Part shown: positions 12,646-27,659 of the stretch, piece after piece | How positions within the stretch are numbered: the first letter of the stretch is position 1 | Layout: every line of letters begins with the position of its first letter | NCBI GenBank assembly: GCA_964016885.1 | Contig: OZ024740.1 | Location: 307,396,001-307,460,000, forward strand | DNA from: Eledone cirrhosa | Lineage: Eukaryota | Length of the DNA stretch: 64,000 bases | Reading direction: 5' to 3' | The notes under the pieces: model-generated | What the model was told of the DNA's origin: nothing | Databases searched by the model: none | What the model saw: the letters and a program-made list of their open reading frames with translations, nothing else | Position numbers and translations under genes: made by a program

Positions 12646-13345
12646 AAGCTTTCCACATACTATAAACCTTATTGTATCGTAGGCAAAGCCGTACCACTGT
12701 CTTCGCTCACACCACCACTCACATAATCCATGAGACGCAATATATAGATTATGTGAGTGGTGGTGTGAGCGAAGACAGTGGTACGGCTTTGCCTACGATA
12801 CAATAAGGTTTATAGTATGTGGAAAGTTTTTGATATTTTGGTGTTTCCCTGCATCCGAGACTGTATATCATACAGATGTATGAGAATAAATGACTTAATA
12901 ATCCAGCCCACATAATAAGATCGATTGCCTGCTTCAACTGCCTGACCCTGCAAATATCATTCTGACGCACTCTAATCATGTATAAATAAGACACGCGTGC
13001 ATGCTACACGTGAGACTGTTTCATACACTGACTACTCTAAACTTTCCTCTTGCTTTATCTTCATAGACTGCCAACGCTTCATGTTTATCTTTATTTTCAT
13101 TCTTGTTTTTATTTTATTTTTATCCTGTAACCTTTATATGTAAATTGCCATGCTATATCATTTGATGAATGTCACCCCACTGTTGATCAATATGCGCATA
13201 TGCTTTATGTGTCTCTTGGGTTGAAAAGGAGGTCAAGTATGTTATAGATCAGTAAATAGTTGCTCCGAAGAATCCAAACCTCGGTTTGGAGGAAACAATT
13301 GTAAGCAAATAAATGACTTAAACTGAACTTTGATTATTGTAATCT
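12646..13345 (+). mobile_element. PLE-like 3' region with inverted 5' segment and HHR
   Basis: ~80-bp perfect inverted repeat 12649-12729/12748-12827; 3' part homologous to 17080-17255. Confidence 0.65.
13260..13308 (+). ncRNA. Type I hammerhead, CCGAAGA core variant
   Basis: Stem I ttgct/agcaa; CCGAAGA; stem II tccaaacc/ggtttgga; GAAAC-AATT-GTA; AATAAA immediately after. Confidence 0.75.
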
Positions 13346-13579
13346 CTATATAACTGCTCTGTAAAACAACTGATGTTATTACATTGAGCTATTTATCTTA
13401 CTGGTAATAGGATAGTAATTAATGACTATCTTTCACTATTTAGGGTTTGTGTATATATATAATATATTACCATTAAAGGTTTTATTGCATAGATAACCAT
13501 AAATAGTACCCTTAATACTATATATATATATATATATTGGAAAATGTGTGTAATCCTTGGTACAGTTAGGTATATTAAG

Positions 13580-13644
13580 ACAGGGTGTGTACACACATAT
13601 ATATATATATATATATATGTGTGTATGTATGTGTGTGTATGTAT

Positions 13645-13724
<80 letters not shown>

Positions 13725-13773
13725 ATGTATGTGTATATATGTATGTGTGTATGTATGTATTTGTATGTGTATG

Positions 13774-13816
<43 letters not shown>

Positions 13817-13909
13817 ATATATATATAGATATATATATATGTGTATATGTATGTATATGTGTGTATGTGTCTGTATGTGTTTATGTGTACATATATGTAT
13901 ATATATATG

Positions 13910-13996
<87 letters not shown>

Positions 13997-14118
13997 GACT
14001 CTCTCTCTATATATATATATATATGTGTGTGTATGTGTGTGTGTGTATGCATGTATGTGTGAACGGAGGTATATATACGGACATATGTATATGTGTGTGT
14101 GTGTGTGTGTGTACACAC

Positions 14119-14149
<31 letters not shown>

Positions 14150-14175
14150 CGTGTATGTGTATATATGTATATTTA
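13580..14175. repeat. Compound (TA)n/(TG)n microsatellite
   Basis: Direct reading. Confidence 0.95.
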
Positions 14176-14345
14176 GTTACCAACAACCAACAACTTAATT
14201 TATAAAATAATTTTTTTTTAAGAAAAAAATTTTTTCTAATCCGGAAAAAAATTCTTTTTGGATTTTGTGAAGAAAATAAATTTGTTGAAAGCACAAGTGA
14301 AGCCATTTTTTCTTCCCCCCTGTCTTAATATATATATATATATAT

Positions 14346-14400
<55 letters not shown>

Positions 14401-14403
<3 letters not shown>

Positions 14404-14454
14404 GGAATAGAATGAAACGAAATTTCATTTCTCACTCTTAGTACGGCACATACT

Positions 14455-14455
<1 letters not shown>
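14401..14455 (-). mobile_element. Terminal fragment of the retrozyme-like family inside (TA)n
   Basis: aatggaatagaatgaaacgaaatttcatttctcactcttagtacggc matches 29181-29226 and the reverse complement of 2028-2062. Confidence 0.75.
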
Positions 14456-14487
<32 letters not shown>

Positions 14488-14532
14488 GTATATATATATA
14501 TGTATATGTATATATATATGTATATGTATATG

Positions 14533-14649
<117 letters not shown>

Positions 14650-14654
14650 GTATG

Positions 14655-14774
14655 TATGAAAAGAGTCAGGAGCCCGACGGCTGAGCTTCAGTCGTTTCGA
14701 CAGCTAGATCCGAAATCGGATCTAGCTGTCGATACGGCCGGAGCTCAGCCGTCGGGGTCCTGAATCTTTTCATA
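14655..14774. repeat. GC-rich 120-bp palindrome containing half a hammerhead
   Basis: Arms centred on 14714-14715; minus strand reads hairpin-GAAAC-gactga(agc)tcagcc-GTC. Confidence 0.75.
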
Positions 14775-14859
14775 TTCCCCACTCTACTACCCCATTATAT
14801 ATATTGAAATTGTACATATTTTAGTGTGTGTGTGTGTGTGTGTGTGCCTATATATGTAT

Positions 14860-15200
14860 ATATGCCCGACAGACTTCTCTTCATATAACACTGCGACCAT
14901 ATTGAAACCACGCACTCTACCAATTTCTTCCCTTCGACACACACATACACACTACGCTCCACCCTGGACATTTACCCCCCCCTATCATTTTTATTTTTTA
15001 TTTTTTATTATTTTGTTATTATTAATTTTTTAAATTTCCTTTCCTAACTTTCTCTAACTACTCTTTCATGTACTTGTTCTCCGAACTTTCCTGAAAAAGG
15101 ATTTCTCTCCGAAACCTCGAAACCTCCTCCACTTCCACCAAGAGTGAACTGTGTGAAAATTGCCTCCTGTGTTTTATTTGTTTCATTTATCAACTATACA
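14860..15200 (+). mobile_element. Decayed PLE 3' tail
   Basis: CTGAAAA-agga...tcc-GAAAC (~15091-15115), layout like 35490-35610. Confidence 0.4.
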
Positions 15201-16082
15201 TATACACAGGGCCGAATTTAGACCTTAGGGGGCTCGAGGCAGTTTAAGCTTGGTGGGCCCCTCATATAATTTCAGCAACCAGCTAAATGTTCACCTTGCA
15301 GGCTCCATAACAAGCTTCTAAACTTTGCCATAAGGACTGTATTTTCTCTCTCACCAATACTCCGGCCTTCATTTCCTTTACCATCCTTCACAGTCATCTA
15401 ACTTTTGGTCGTTACCTGTTTTTACCCCACCCCACCGCACCCCTTCACATTCATTTCCATCACTCCTCTTACCCAGTTACTTTCATCCTTCCTCAACCAA
15501 CTCATTCCATCTCTCTTCACAACACCTATCACAGGTCCTATTCCCACCAACTTCTGTAATTCAATTTTGTTATCTTCTCTCTCTGAGCAATACTTCACTT
15601 ATCCACCTTACCATTCTCCTTTTTGCTCTTTCCCTCCTTCTCTGCTGCTCCACATTCTAGGTGATGAACGTTTATTACCCGTGTCTTGCTCCCATAAATC
15701 ATGGCATTTCTCTCACACACAGCTTACATCTTTCCCTTCAGTTTCAATGACATTCATCTCTTCATTAACACGCCACTCAGTTCCCAGAACTTCTAATTTT
15801 TTTTTTTGTGTATGGGTCTCTCATAGACAACATTTGAAATACATAGCAAATTACCAATTTTACATAGTAATGTACATTTAGAACACGAAATTGTAATTGA
15901 CAATTTATACACACCACATTTATATGCTGACTCATTATTAAGTCGGTGTTTGGAACATAATATAATAAAGGTCTTTTTTAATGAAATTATTATGGAAGGT
16001 TCTCTTTAGATACATTTAAACTCTTTAAAACAGTTTTGTGTTGTAGAACCAATTTCATGTCGTTTGCTATTTCATTGGGAAG

Positions 16083-17253
16083 GCAAGAGACATACAGATA
16101 CATATATATATATTGATGTACAGTGGAGTGACATATATTATACTATACTATACTTGTACAGCAATTCAAATTTAAAATCAAAATTAAAATACTTGCGGCA
16201 GATAACACAGATAGTGCAAGAGGATAGTTCGATAATCAGATCTAGTAGATAGTGTATGCGTTAGTCATACATAGAGCATGCAAGTGTGTCTCATTTATAT
16301 ACGAGTATTGTGTGGCAAGGTGTTACATGCACCTTAAGCGGGTAAGCAAGGTGGTTGTAGTGGTAGGGTATTTTTTGTATAGATCAAAAAAGTATGTGTG
16401 CAGAAAAAGAAAAAGAAAAAGAAAGTTATAGTTTTTACATCCATCACATATGTTTCGATGAATTCATATTGAATGTTTGATGTAGTAAATGATTGTAACA
16501 TATTGAGGCTAATACGATACAAACCACGGATAATAAACCACTGTAAATTCTCGCAGCAGAAAGAACCTATTCTATAAATATGGATTAAATAACACTGAGC
16601 CTCAATACGTTATAATCATTTACTACATCAAACATTCAATACGAATTCATCGTAACATATGTGATGGATGTCAAAACTATAACTTCCTTTTTCTGAATGT
16701 GAAAATGGTGGTGGATGCGAAAACTATAACTTTCTTTTTCTTTTTCTTTTTCTTTTTCTTTTTCTTTTTCTTTTTCTTTTTCTTTTTCTTTTTCTGCACA
16801 CATACTTTTTGGATCTATACAAAAAATACCCTCCCACTACAACCACCATAATACTCTTGTTTGCCCGCTTAAAGTGCTTGTATTACATGTAACACCTTGC
16901 CACACAATACTCGTATATAAATGAGACACACTTGCATGCTCTATGTATGACTAACGCATACACTATCTACTAGATCTGATTATCGAACTATCCTCTTGCA
17001 CTATCTGTGTTATCTGCCACATGCATTTTAATTTTGATTTTAAATTTGAATTGCTGTACAAATATAGTCTAGTATAATATATGTCACTCCACTGTACATC
17101 AATATATATATATGTATCTGTATGTCTCTTGCGTTGGATAGGAGGTCAATTATATGTACAAGCATTGAAAAATGGTCCGAAGATTCCAAGCCTAGGTTTG
17201 GATGAAACAATTGTAAGTGAATAAATGCTTTGAACATAGCTTTGATTCTTGTG

Positions 17254-17255
<2 letters not shown>
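16083..17255 (+). mobile_element. PLE-like element with ~430-bp inverted arm and 3' HHR
   Basis: 16083-16510 is the reverse complement of 16598-17132; CCGAAGA (17177-17183), tccaagcc/ggtttgga, GAAAC-AATT-GTA (17204-17215), AATAAA, (TA)n. Confidence 0.75.
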
Positions 17256-19085
<1,830 letters not shown>

Positions 19086-19458
19086 TTAATTCTTTGTTCA
19101 TTTGTTATTTATATGGACGATTGAGACTTTTGGCCCCCATGTGCACAACCACGAACTAACACCCCTACTAACACATACATACCTCCCCCCACACACACAC
19201 CACTCCTGTCTTGCGCCGGGTGGGAGGGCTTGCATGTGTGATAGAATGTGTGCACATGTGTATGTGTGTGTATATGTATGTGTGTTTGTATGTATGTGAG
19301 TGCTTGCGTGCGTGTTAGTGTATGTATGTGTGTCGTACGTAGATAAATATATTTGTGTGAGGACTTTTGAAGGTTTTTTTTTTTTCGGGGTTGCCAAGCG
19401 GGCAACCGGACGTTCGTGAGCAGATCCCCAACTGTTCAACTGCTTTTACTCTCTCCTT

Positions 19459-19500
<42 letters not shown>

Positions 19501-21071
19501 TCTCTCTCTCTCTCTCCCACACTCTCTCTCTCTCTCTCTGTATCTCTACCCCACCCCTTCTTGCGGATCATATTAAGAATGATGAGAGGGAGTCAAGGGA
19601 AAAGGGGGATTTGTAAGTGTAATGATAACATTAAAACAGAAAAAAGGGAAGGGACTGTATTGAGCGGTCAGTGCATTGTCGTTGTGGTGGTGTTTGTTGA
19701 TGCTTCAGTAGTAGATATTAGTGATATTGGTATGTTGTTGTTGTTGTTTAGTCTCAGGTCAACTCTGATCGAGAGAACGATGATCAAAGGTAATCCATCC
19801 GTGACTATCCTGCCCTATTTCTTTGTATCAAAGACTACGTTTGTTAACCTGCCCTTTCTTTTTCTAAGATGGTAGAGTGTGATGTGAGGAAGGTTTGATT
19901 GCTATTTGTAGCAAACCGGGCAGCCACTTAAGCGCTTTCTCGCTGGCATGTTGTTTAGCCCAAGACTAACACAGATCAAGCAGACCTATGATCAAAGAAG
20001 GAGTTCTTGTCCAACCCCTCCCCAGCAATATGTAGCAATTTTGTTTTTAATTTGTTTCCCTTAGTTTTTGTTTAAAATGGCACCAGTTTTCATCACTATC
20101 AATAACACGAACCAGCGACAGAACTTTTACGTAGCCAGTCCCTCTGCTAGAAATAGCTACCCAATTTCTCTGGATCTAAACTGTCTTAGTAAAGGACACA
20201 TAGGAGAACGTGGTGTTGGGTTAGATTTTCTGAATGTGGGGAAAGAAACGTGATGGTCACAATTGGAAGGACTACTTGATCAAGGCTGACTTGAGTGTAA
20301 TTGCCAATATAAACTGGCGGTAACACTGTCATTATCGCCCTCAGTATTGCAACAAATAACATGACCAACATCATTACCAACCATCGAGGAAGCTTCTACG
20401 TATTAGCTATAAAGGATGTCAAAATCCCCTCAAATTACGCTCTGTTGTCTTAAATAAAGTTGGATATTGTGGATGCTTTTAACAGTTTATGAATGTTTAT
20501 TTTTATTAAAATAAAATTTATTAAGAAGAAATTTGAAAAAAAAAGGGGAGGGGGCAAAAGGAAAGAAAGAATAGGGAAATATAGAGAAAGAAAGAAGAAA
20601 AAAAACGGGGAGGGGGAGGGGATGCCATGAGCTCTGGTGTCGCAGAAGAAAGGGGAGGGGTGAGGGGTGGGGGTGATTGGTCTTTGGGCCTAGGGCAAGA
20701 GGGCAGAAGTGCTGCGCCCCCCGCTGACAAGACGGCAAAAGCATTCCCCCGGATGATTTAGTCATTGATATATATTTTAAAAAATGGATCGGCAAGGTTA
20801 GAACCTAATCATAGCACTGTTAGATTGGGTCTGACTTGGTCCTAAATATCACTATCCAACCTTAGCCAACGAGATAACCTCTACGTGGGTATTCCAGCTC
20901 CCAGAAATAGCAACTAAATTCCATTCAAATCACACCTTGCCGTCTTTAAAAGTTGACTGACTAATGTGGTCCTTGATTCCCTGCACATACAACTCCAGAC
21001 AACTCCGTCACTCAACGATTTAAGTGATGACGAGAGACTATGAGGTAGGGAATAGAGAAGGAACTATATTA

Positions 21072-22945
21072 GAGGTGGGGATTTGGGGGTTTGGTGGTGG
21101 TGGTTTGAAGTGGGGGAGTGAGGGTTTGGTGGTGGTGGTTTGAAGTGGGGATTTGGGGGTTTGGTGGTGGTGGTTTGAAGTGGGGGAGTGAGGGTTTGGT
21201 GGTGGTGGTTTGAAGTGGGGGAGTGAGGGTTTGGTGGTGGTGGTTTGAAGTGGGGGAGTGAGGGTTTGGTGGTGGTGGTTTGAAGTGGGGGAGTGAGGGT
21301 TTGGTGGTGGTGGTTTGAAGTGGGGGAGTGAGGGTTTGGTGGTGGTGGTTTGAAGTGGGGGAGTGAGGGTTTGGTGGTGGTGGTTTGAAGTGGGGGAGTG
21401 AGGGTTTGGTGGTGGTGGTTTGAAGTGGGGGAGTGAGGGTTTGGTGGTGGTGGTTTGAAGTGGGGGAGTGAGGGTTTGGTGGTGGTGGTTTGAAGTGGGG
21501 GAGTGAGGGTTTGGTGGTGGTGGTTTGAAGTGGGGGAGTGAGGGTTTGGTGGTGGTGGTTTGAAGTGGGGGAGTGAGGGTTTGGTGGTGGTGGTTTGAAG
21601 TGGGGGAGTGAGGGTTTGGTGGTGGTGGTTTGAAGTGGGGGAGTGAGGGTTTGGTGGTGGTGGTTTGAAGTGGGGGAGTGAGGGTTTGGTGGTGGTGGTT
21701 TGAAGTGGGGGAGTGAGGGTTTGGTGGTGGTGGTTTGAAGTGGGGGAGTGAGGGTTTGGTGGTGGTGGTTTGAAGTGGGGGAGTGAGGGTTTGGTGGTGG
21801 TGGTTTGAAGTGGGGGAGTGAGGGTTTGGTGGTGGTGGTTTGAAGTGGGGGAGTGAGGGTTTGGTGGTGGTGGTTTGAAGTGGGGGAGTGAGGGTTTGGT
21901 GGTGGTGGTTTGAAGTGGGGGAGTGAGGGTTTGGTGGTGGTGGTTTGAAGTGGGGGAGTGAGGGTTTGGTGGTGGTGGTTTGAAGTGGGGGAGTGAGGGT
22001 TTGGTGGTGGTGGTTTGAAGTGGGGGAGTGAGGGTTTGGTGGTGGTGGTTTGAAGTGGGGGAGTGAGGGTTTGGTGGTGGTGGTTTGAAGTGGGGGAGTG
22101 AGGGTTTGGTGGTGGTGGTTTGAAGTGGGGGAGTGAGGGTTTGGTGGTATGAAGTACGGGAATTGAGGGTTTAATGGTGGGGGTATCAGGTGGGGGAATT
22201 GGGGGTTTGATGGTGGTGGTTTGAGGGTGATTGAGGATTTGGTGGTGGTGGTGTGAGGTGGGGGAATTTGGGATTTGATGGTGGTGGTATGAGGTGGGGG
22301 AATTGAGGGTTTGGTGATGGTGGTATGGGGTGGGGGATGGAGGGTTTGATGGTGGTGGTATGTGGGTGGGGGAGTTGAGGGTTTGATGGTGGTGGTGTGA
22401 GGTGGGGAAATGTAAGATTGATGGTGGTGGTATGGGGATGGTTGAGGGTTTGATGGTGGTGGTATGAGGATGGTTGAGGGTTTGGTGGTGGTGGTATGAG
22501 GATGGTTGAGGGTTTGGTGGTGGTGGTATGAGGATGGTTGAGGGTTTGATGGTGGTGGTATGAGGATGGTTGCGGGTTTGGTGGTGGTGGTATGAGGATG
22601 GTTGAGGGTTTGATGGTGGTGGTATGAGGATGGTTGAGGGTTTGATGGTGATGGTATGAGGATGGTTGAGGGTTTGGTGGTGGTGGTATGAGGATGGTTG
22701 AGGGTTTGATGGTGGTGGTATGAGGATGGTTGGGGGTTTGGTGGTGGTGGTATGAGGATGGTTGCGGGTTTGATGGTGATGGTATGAGGATGGTTGCGGG
22801 TTTGGTGGTGGTGGTATGAGGATGGTTGAGGGTTTGGTGGTGGTGGTATGAGGATGGTTGCGGGTTTGGTGGTGGTGGTATGAGGATGGTTGAGGGTTTG
22901 GTGGTGGTGGTATGAGGATGGTTGCGGGTTTGGTGGTGGTGGTAT
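21072..22945. repeat. G-rich minisatellite: 35-bp block grading into a 32-bp block
   Basis: 35-bp unit agggtttggtggtggtggtttgaagtgggggagtg (~21075-22148); 32-bp unit agggtttggtggtggtggtatgaggatggttg (~22435-22945). Confidence 0.95.
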
Positions 22946-23290
22946 AAAGTTGAGAAGTAGGGACATGATAGATGTTTTAACTCTAAGTAGAGGTTTAACT
23001 AATGTTTTTATTATTTTAAAAATACTCAAATATATTTGTTGGATAAGATTACATAAAATTACAAATATAACTGAAAAATTATCTTGACTGAATAAAGGTT
23101 TATGAGTGTGTGTGTGTGTGTGTGTGTCAGTGTATTCGCGTGTGTGTATGCATTCGTGGGTGTGTGTGTATGTATTCGTGTATGTGTGTGAGTGTATGTC
23201 TGTGTGTATATGGGTGTGTCAGTATATTCGTGTGTGTGTATGTATGTGTGTGTGTGTATGAATATGTGTGTGTGTGTATGTGTGTAGGTA

Positions 23291-23299
<9 letters not shown>

Positions 23300-23323
<24 letters not shown>

Positions 23324-23464
23324 AAGAGAGGGGGAATATGTATGTATTTTATGTAGCATTTATGTGCAAAGGATAGCTTGTATGTGGCATGTGTATACTT
23401 ATGTTTGCGTGTGTGTGTATGTGCGTGAGTGTATGTGTGTATGTATGTATATGTATGGGTGTGC

Positions 23465-23497
<33 letters not shown>

Positions 23498-23830
23498 AGA
23501 GAAGGGGAATATGTATGTATTTTATGTAGCATTTATGTGCAAAGGAATGCTTGTATGTGGCATGTGTATACTTATGTTTGCGTGTGCGTATGCGTGTGTG
23601 TGTATTTGTGTGTGTATGTGCGTGCGTGTGTATGTGTATGTATGTGTATGTATGGGTGTGTGTGTGCATGAGTGTATGTGTGTGTGTGGTGTGAGAGAGA
23701 GAGAGAGAGAGAAAGGGGAATATGTCTTTTATGTAGCATTTATGTGTGTAAAATGCAAAGGAAAGATTGTATGGGTGAATGTGTATACTTGTTTGTGTGT
23801 GTGTGTATGTGTGTGTATGTGTATATGTGT
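23300..23830. repeat. Three degenerate tandem copies of a ~170-215-bp unit
   Basis: (GA)n-ggggaatatgt...ttttatgtagcatttatgtg...gtgtatactt recurs near 23305, 23475, 23690. Confidence 0.8.
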
Positions 23831-25680
23831 GTGTTTACTTATGTTTGTTTGTGTATATGTGTGTGTATACTTATGTTTGTTTGTGTATATGTGTGTGTAT
23901 ACTTATGTTTGTTTGTGTATATGTGTGTATACTTATGTTTGTTTGTGTATATGTGTGTGTATACTTATGTTTGTTTGTGTATATGTGTGTGTTTACTTAT
24001 GTTTGTTTGTGTATATGTGTGTGTATACTTATGTTTGTTTGTGTATATGTGTGTGTATACTTATGTTTGTTTGTGTATATGTGTGTATACTTATGTTTGT
24101 TTGTGTATATGTGTGTGTATACTTATGTTTGTTTGTGTGTATGTGTGTGTATACTTATGTTTGTTTGTGTGTATGTGTGTGTTTACTTATGTTTGTTTGT
24201 GTATATGTGTGTGTTTACTTATGTTTGTTTGTGTATATGTGTGTGTATACTTATGTTTGTTTGTGTATATGTGTGTGTATACTTATGTTTGTTTGTGTGT
24301 ATGTGTGTGTTTACTTATGTTTGTTTGTGTATATGTGTGTGTATACTTATGTTTGTTTGTGTATATGTGTGCGTATACTTATGTTTGTTTGTGTATATGT
24401 GTGTGTATACTTATGTCTGTTTGTGTATATGTGTGCGTATACTTATGTTTGTTTGTGTATATGTGTGTGTATACTTATGTTTGTTTGTGTGTATGTGTGT
24501 GTATACTTATGTTTGTTTGTGTGTATGTGTGTGTATACTTATGTTTGTTTGTGTATATGTGTGTGTATACTTATGTTTGTTTGTGTATATGTGTGTGTAT
24601 ACTTATGTTTGTTTGTGTATATGTGTGCGTATACTTATGTTTGTTTGTGTATATGTGTGTGTATACTTATGTTTGTTTGTGTATATGTGTGTGTATACTT
24701 ATGTTTGTTTGCGTATATGTATGTGAATACTTATGTTTGTTTGTGTATATGTGTGTGTGTACTTATGTTTGTTTGCGTATATGTATGTGTATACTTATGT
24801 TTGTTTGTGTATATGTATGTGTATACTTATGTTTGTTTGTGTATATGTGTGTGTATACTTATGTTTGTTTGTGTGTATGTGTGTGTGTACTTATGTTTGT
24901 TTGTGTATATGTGTGTGTGTACTTATGTTTGTTTGTGTATATGTGTGTATACTTATGTTTGTTTGTGTATATGTGTGTGTATACTTATGTTTGTTTGTGT
25001 ATATGTGTGTGTATACTTATGTTTGTTTGTGTATATGTGTGTGTATACTTGTTTGTTTGTGTGTATGTGTGTGTGTACTTATGTTTGTTTGTGTATATGT
25101 GTGTGTGTACTTATGTTTGTTTGTGTATATGTGTGTATACTTATGTTTGTTTGTGTATATGTGTGTGTATACTTATGTTTGTTTGTGTATATGTGTGTGT
25201 ATACTTATGTTTGTTTGTGTATATGTGTGTGTATACTTATGTTTGTTTGTGTGTATGTGTGTGTTTACTTATGTTTGTTTGTGTATATGTGTGTGTATAC
25301 TTATGTTTGTTTGTGTATATGTGTGTGTATACTTATGTTTGTTTGTGTATATGTGTGTGTATACTTATGTTTGTTTGTGTATATGTGTGTGTATACTTAT
25401 GTTTGTTTGTGTATATGTGTGTGTATACTTATGTTTGTTTGTGTATATGTGTGTGTATACTTATGTTTGTTTGTGTGTATGTGTGTGTTTACTTATGTTT
25501 GTTTGTGTATATGTGTGTGTATACTTATGTTTGTTTGTGTATATGTGTGTGTATACTTATGTTTGTTTGTGTATATGTGTGTGTATACTTATGTTTGTTT
25601 GTGTATATGTGTGTGTATACTTATGTTTGTTTGTGTATATGTTTGCGTATACTTATGTTTGTTTGTGTGTATGTGTGTGT
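23830..25680. repeat. 32-bp TG-rich minisatellite
   Basis: Unit acttatgtttgtttgtgtatatgtgtgtgtat. Confidence 0.95.
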
Positions 25681-26277
25681 GTTTATGTATGTGGAACATA
25701 TCGAAATACATAATTAAAAAAGACTAAATAGAAAGTATGTGTGAGAGTGCATGTATATCTGTATATCTGTATATCTGTATATCTGTATATCTGTGTGTAG
25801 TAAACAGGAAAATTAGTGAAAAACAAGTTGAAATTCTATGTATGTGTAAGTGGAAGAGAGTGACACGGCGACTGAGGATCTTTAAAGAGAGCGTATGTGA
25901 GAGAGCGTGCGGTTAGGACATCGGGAGAGTATGTATGAGTATGTGTGCGTATATATCTATATGTATGTGAGCATATATATATCTATATCCGTGAGCATAT
26001 ATTTATATATGTGGGTATATATCTATATGTGTGTGTGTATATCTATATGTGTGAGCATATATTTATATATGTGGGTATATATCTATGTGTGTGTGTGTGT
26101 GTCTGTATCTATATGTGTGGGCATATATCTATCTATATATATTTGTCTGTATATGTGGGTATATATATCTATATGTATGTGTGTGTGTGTGTGTGTATAT
26201 CTATATGTGTGTGTCTGTATCTATATGTGTGGGCATATATCTATATATATATTTATTTATATATGTGGGTATATATC

Positions 26278-26348
<71 letters not shown>

Positions 26349-26490
26349 AGGCAAAATGTAATCAGAAAGCAAACGACACATTACAATGAAGAAATATATT
26401 AGTTTAACGCTTGATATAGTAGGAAAACTGTCTTAATGTTTCTGAAAAAAATTTAAGCTTGTTGAATCCCAACAAATTAAATATAACCTC

Positions 26491-26544
<54 letters not shown>

Positions 26545-26787
26545 TATAAGACGTAAAATAAGAAAATTATAAAAATTAACTTACTAAAATTTCACTCCAA
26601 CTAATTAGTTTCTTTCATCCCCTTGCATTGAACCACAAAGTTACTAAGACAAAACCTATATATTTGCTAGCATAGGTATGCATCTGTATATATATGTCGG
26701 TAGATATACTAATTCTTTATAATTATCTCCAAATTATTTTGTTGAGCAAAAATTTGCCAAAACTGCTACTATAGTATATATATATAT

Positions 26788-26893
<106 letters not shown>

Positions 26894-26929
26894 GTGTGTG
26901 TTTATATATATATATATAATATATATACA

Positions 26930-27102
26930 TATATCCCAAGGCTCTCTGATGCCATCAACACCATAAACACAGAGGTGGCATATCTAAGAACTGACTAACT
27001 GCCTGATGAGGTCATAACCATGCAATGGCTATCATCGAAATATATATAGCGGTAAATAAAGGATTATGAGTTCATGCAATTGACTTATGTTTCGTCACTA
27101 TA
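26930..27102 (+). mobile_element. Solo pseudo-LTR-like unit with type I HHR (AUA triplet)
   Basis: Stem I actgc/gcggt; CTGATGA (27003-27009); stem II ataacca/tggctat; GAAAT-ATAT-ATA; AATAAA; second copy inverted at 29954-30128. Confidence 0.7.
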
Positions 27103-27120
27103 ACACATATATATATATAT

Positions 27121-27256
27121 GAGAAAAGCCACAGACCCTCCATCTCAACTCTACTTTTGAAAAGCAGAAGAACTGCGAAACCGGTAAAGGAACCAAATAA
27201 ATATATGTTTGTTTTTAAATAAGACTCCAGTTGCATTTTCGATTTCATCTTTTTTT

Positions 27257-27260
<4 letters not shown>
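27121..27260 (+). mobile_element. Short TA-flanked unit with degenerate HHR
   Basis: ctt-TTGAAAA-gcag(aagaa)ctgc-GAAAC-CG-GTA-aag...AATAAA; palindromic ACCGGT. Confidence 0.55.
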
Positions 27261-27324
<64 letters not shown>

Positions 27325-27328
<4 letters not shown>

Positions 27329-27582
27329 ATGCTTTGGGAGGGTCATGTTGCCAATAAGAAACACAAACACACGCACCCATTGCTTTCACTCCAATTTATT
27401 ATAAATTAAATTTATAAATTTAAGAATTTATAAATTTCCGGTTGTTGGTTGGTTCCATAACCGGACGGTTGTTCATATATTGTCAAAGTTCTTTCGTCAC
27501 ACATTCTGTGACCTCTTCAGTGACTGGGGATTCTTTTCTTTGTTTTGTGCCTCTCCTTTGTTCTGTCCTACGCCATCTTGTT

Positions 27583-27585
<3 letters not shown>
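27325..27585 (+). mobile_element. Fragment starting with a terminus related to the Ginger-like TIR
   Basis: atat-tgttatgctttgggagggtcatgtt resembles tgttatacttggggagggtcatatt at 10595. Confidence 0.45.

Positions 27586-27659
<74 letters not shown>

Noticed and set aside
15227-15265. hAT-like terminus cagggccgaatttag
   Set aside because: No matching second TIR or TSD found.
19360-19425. Possible minus-strand hammerhead around the ggttgcc/ggcaacc hairpin
   Set aside because: No recognisable CTGANGA core or stem I.
21072-22148. Telomeric repeat
   Set aside because: No tandem TTAGGG; the unit is 35 bp.
21038-23029. 663-aa Pro/His/Thr-rich extensin-like ORF
   Set aside because: Unit lengths of 35 and 32 bp are not multiples of 3, so all frames cycle; minisatellite artefact.
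23268-26402. Long Cys/Val/Tyr-rich ORFs
   Set aside because: TG-rich repeat open in several frames.
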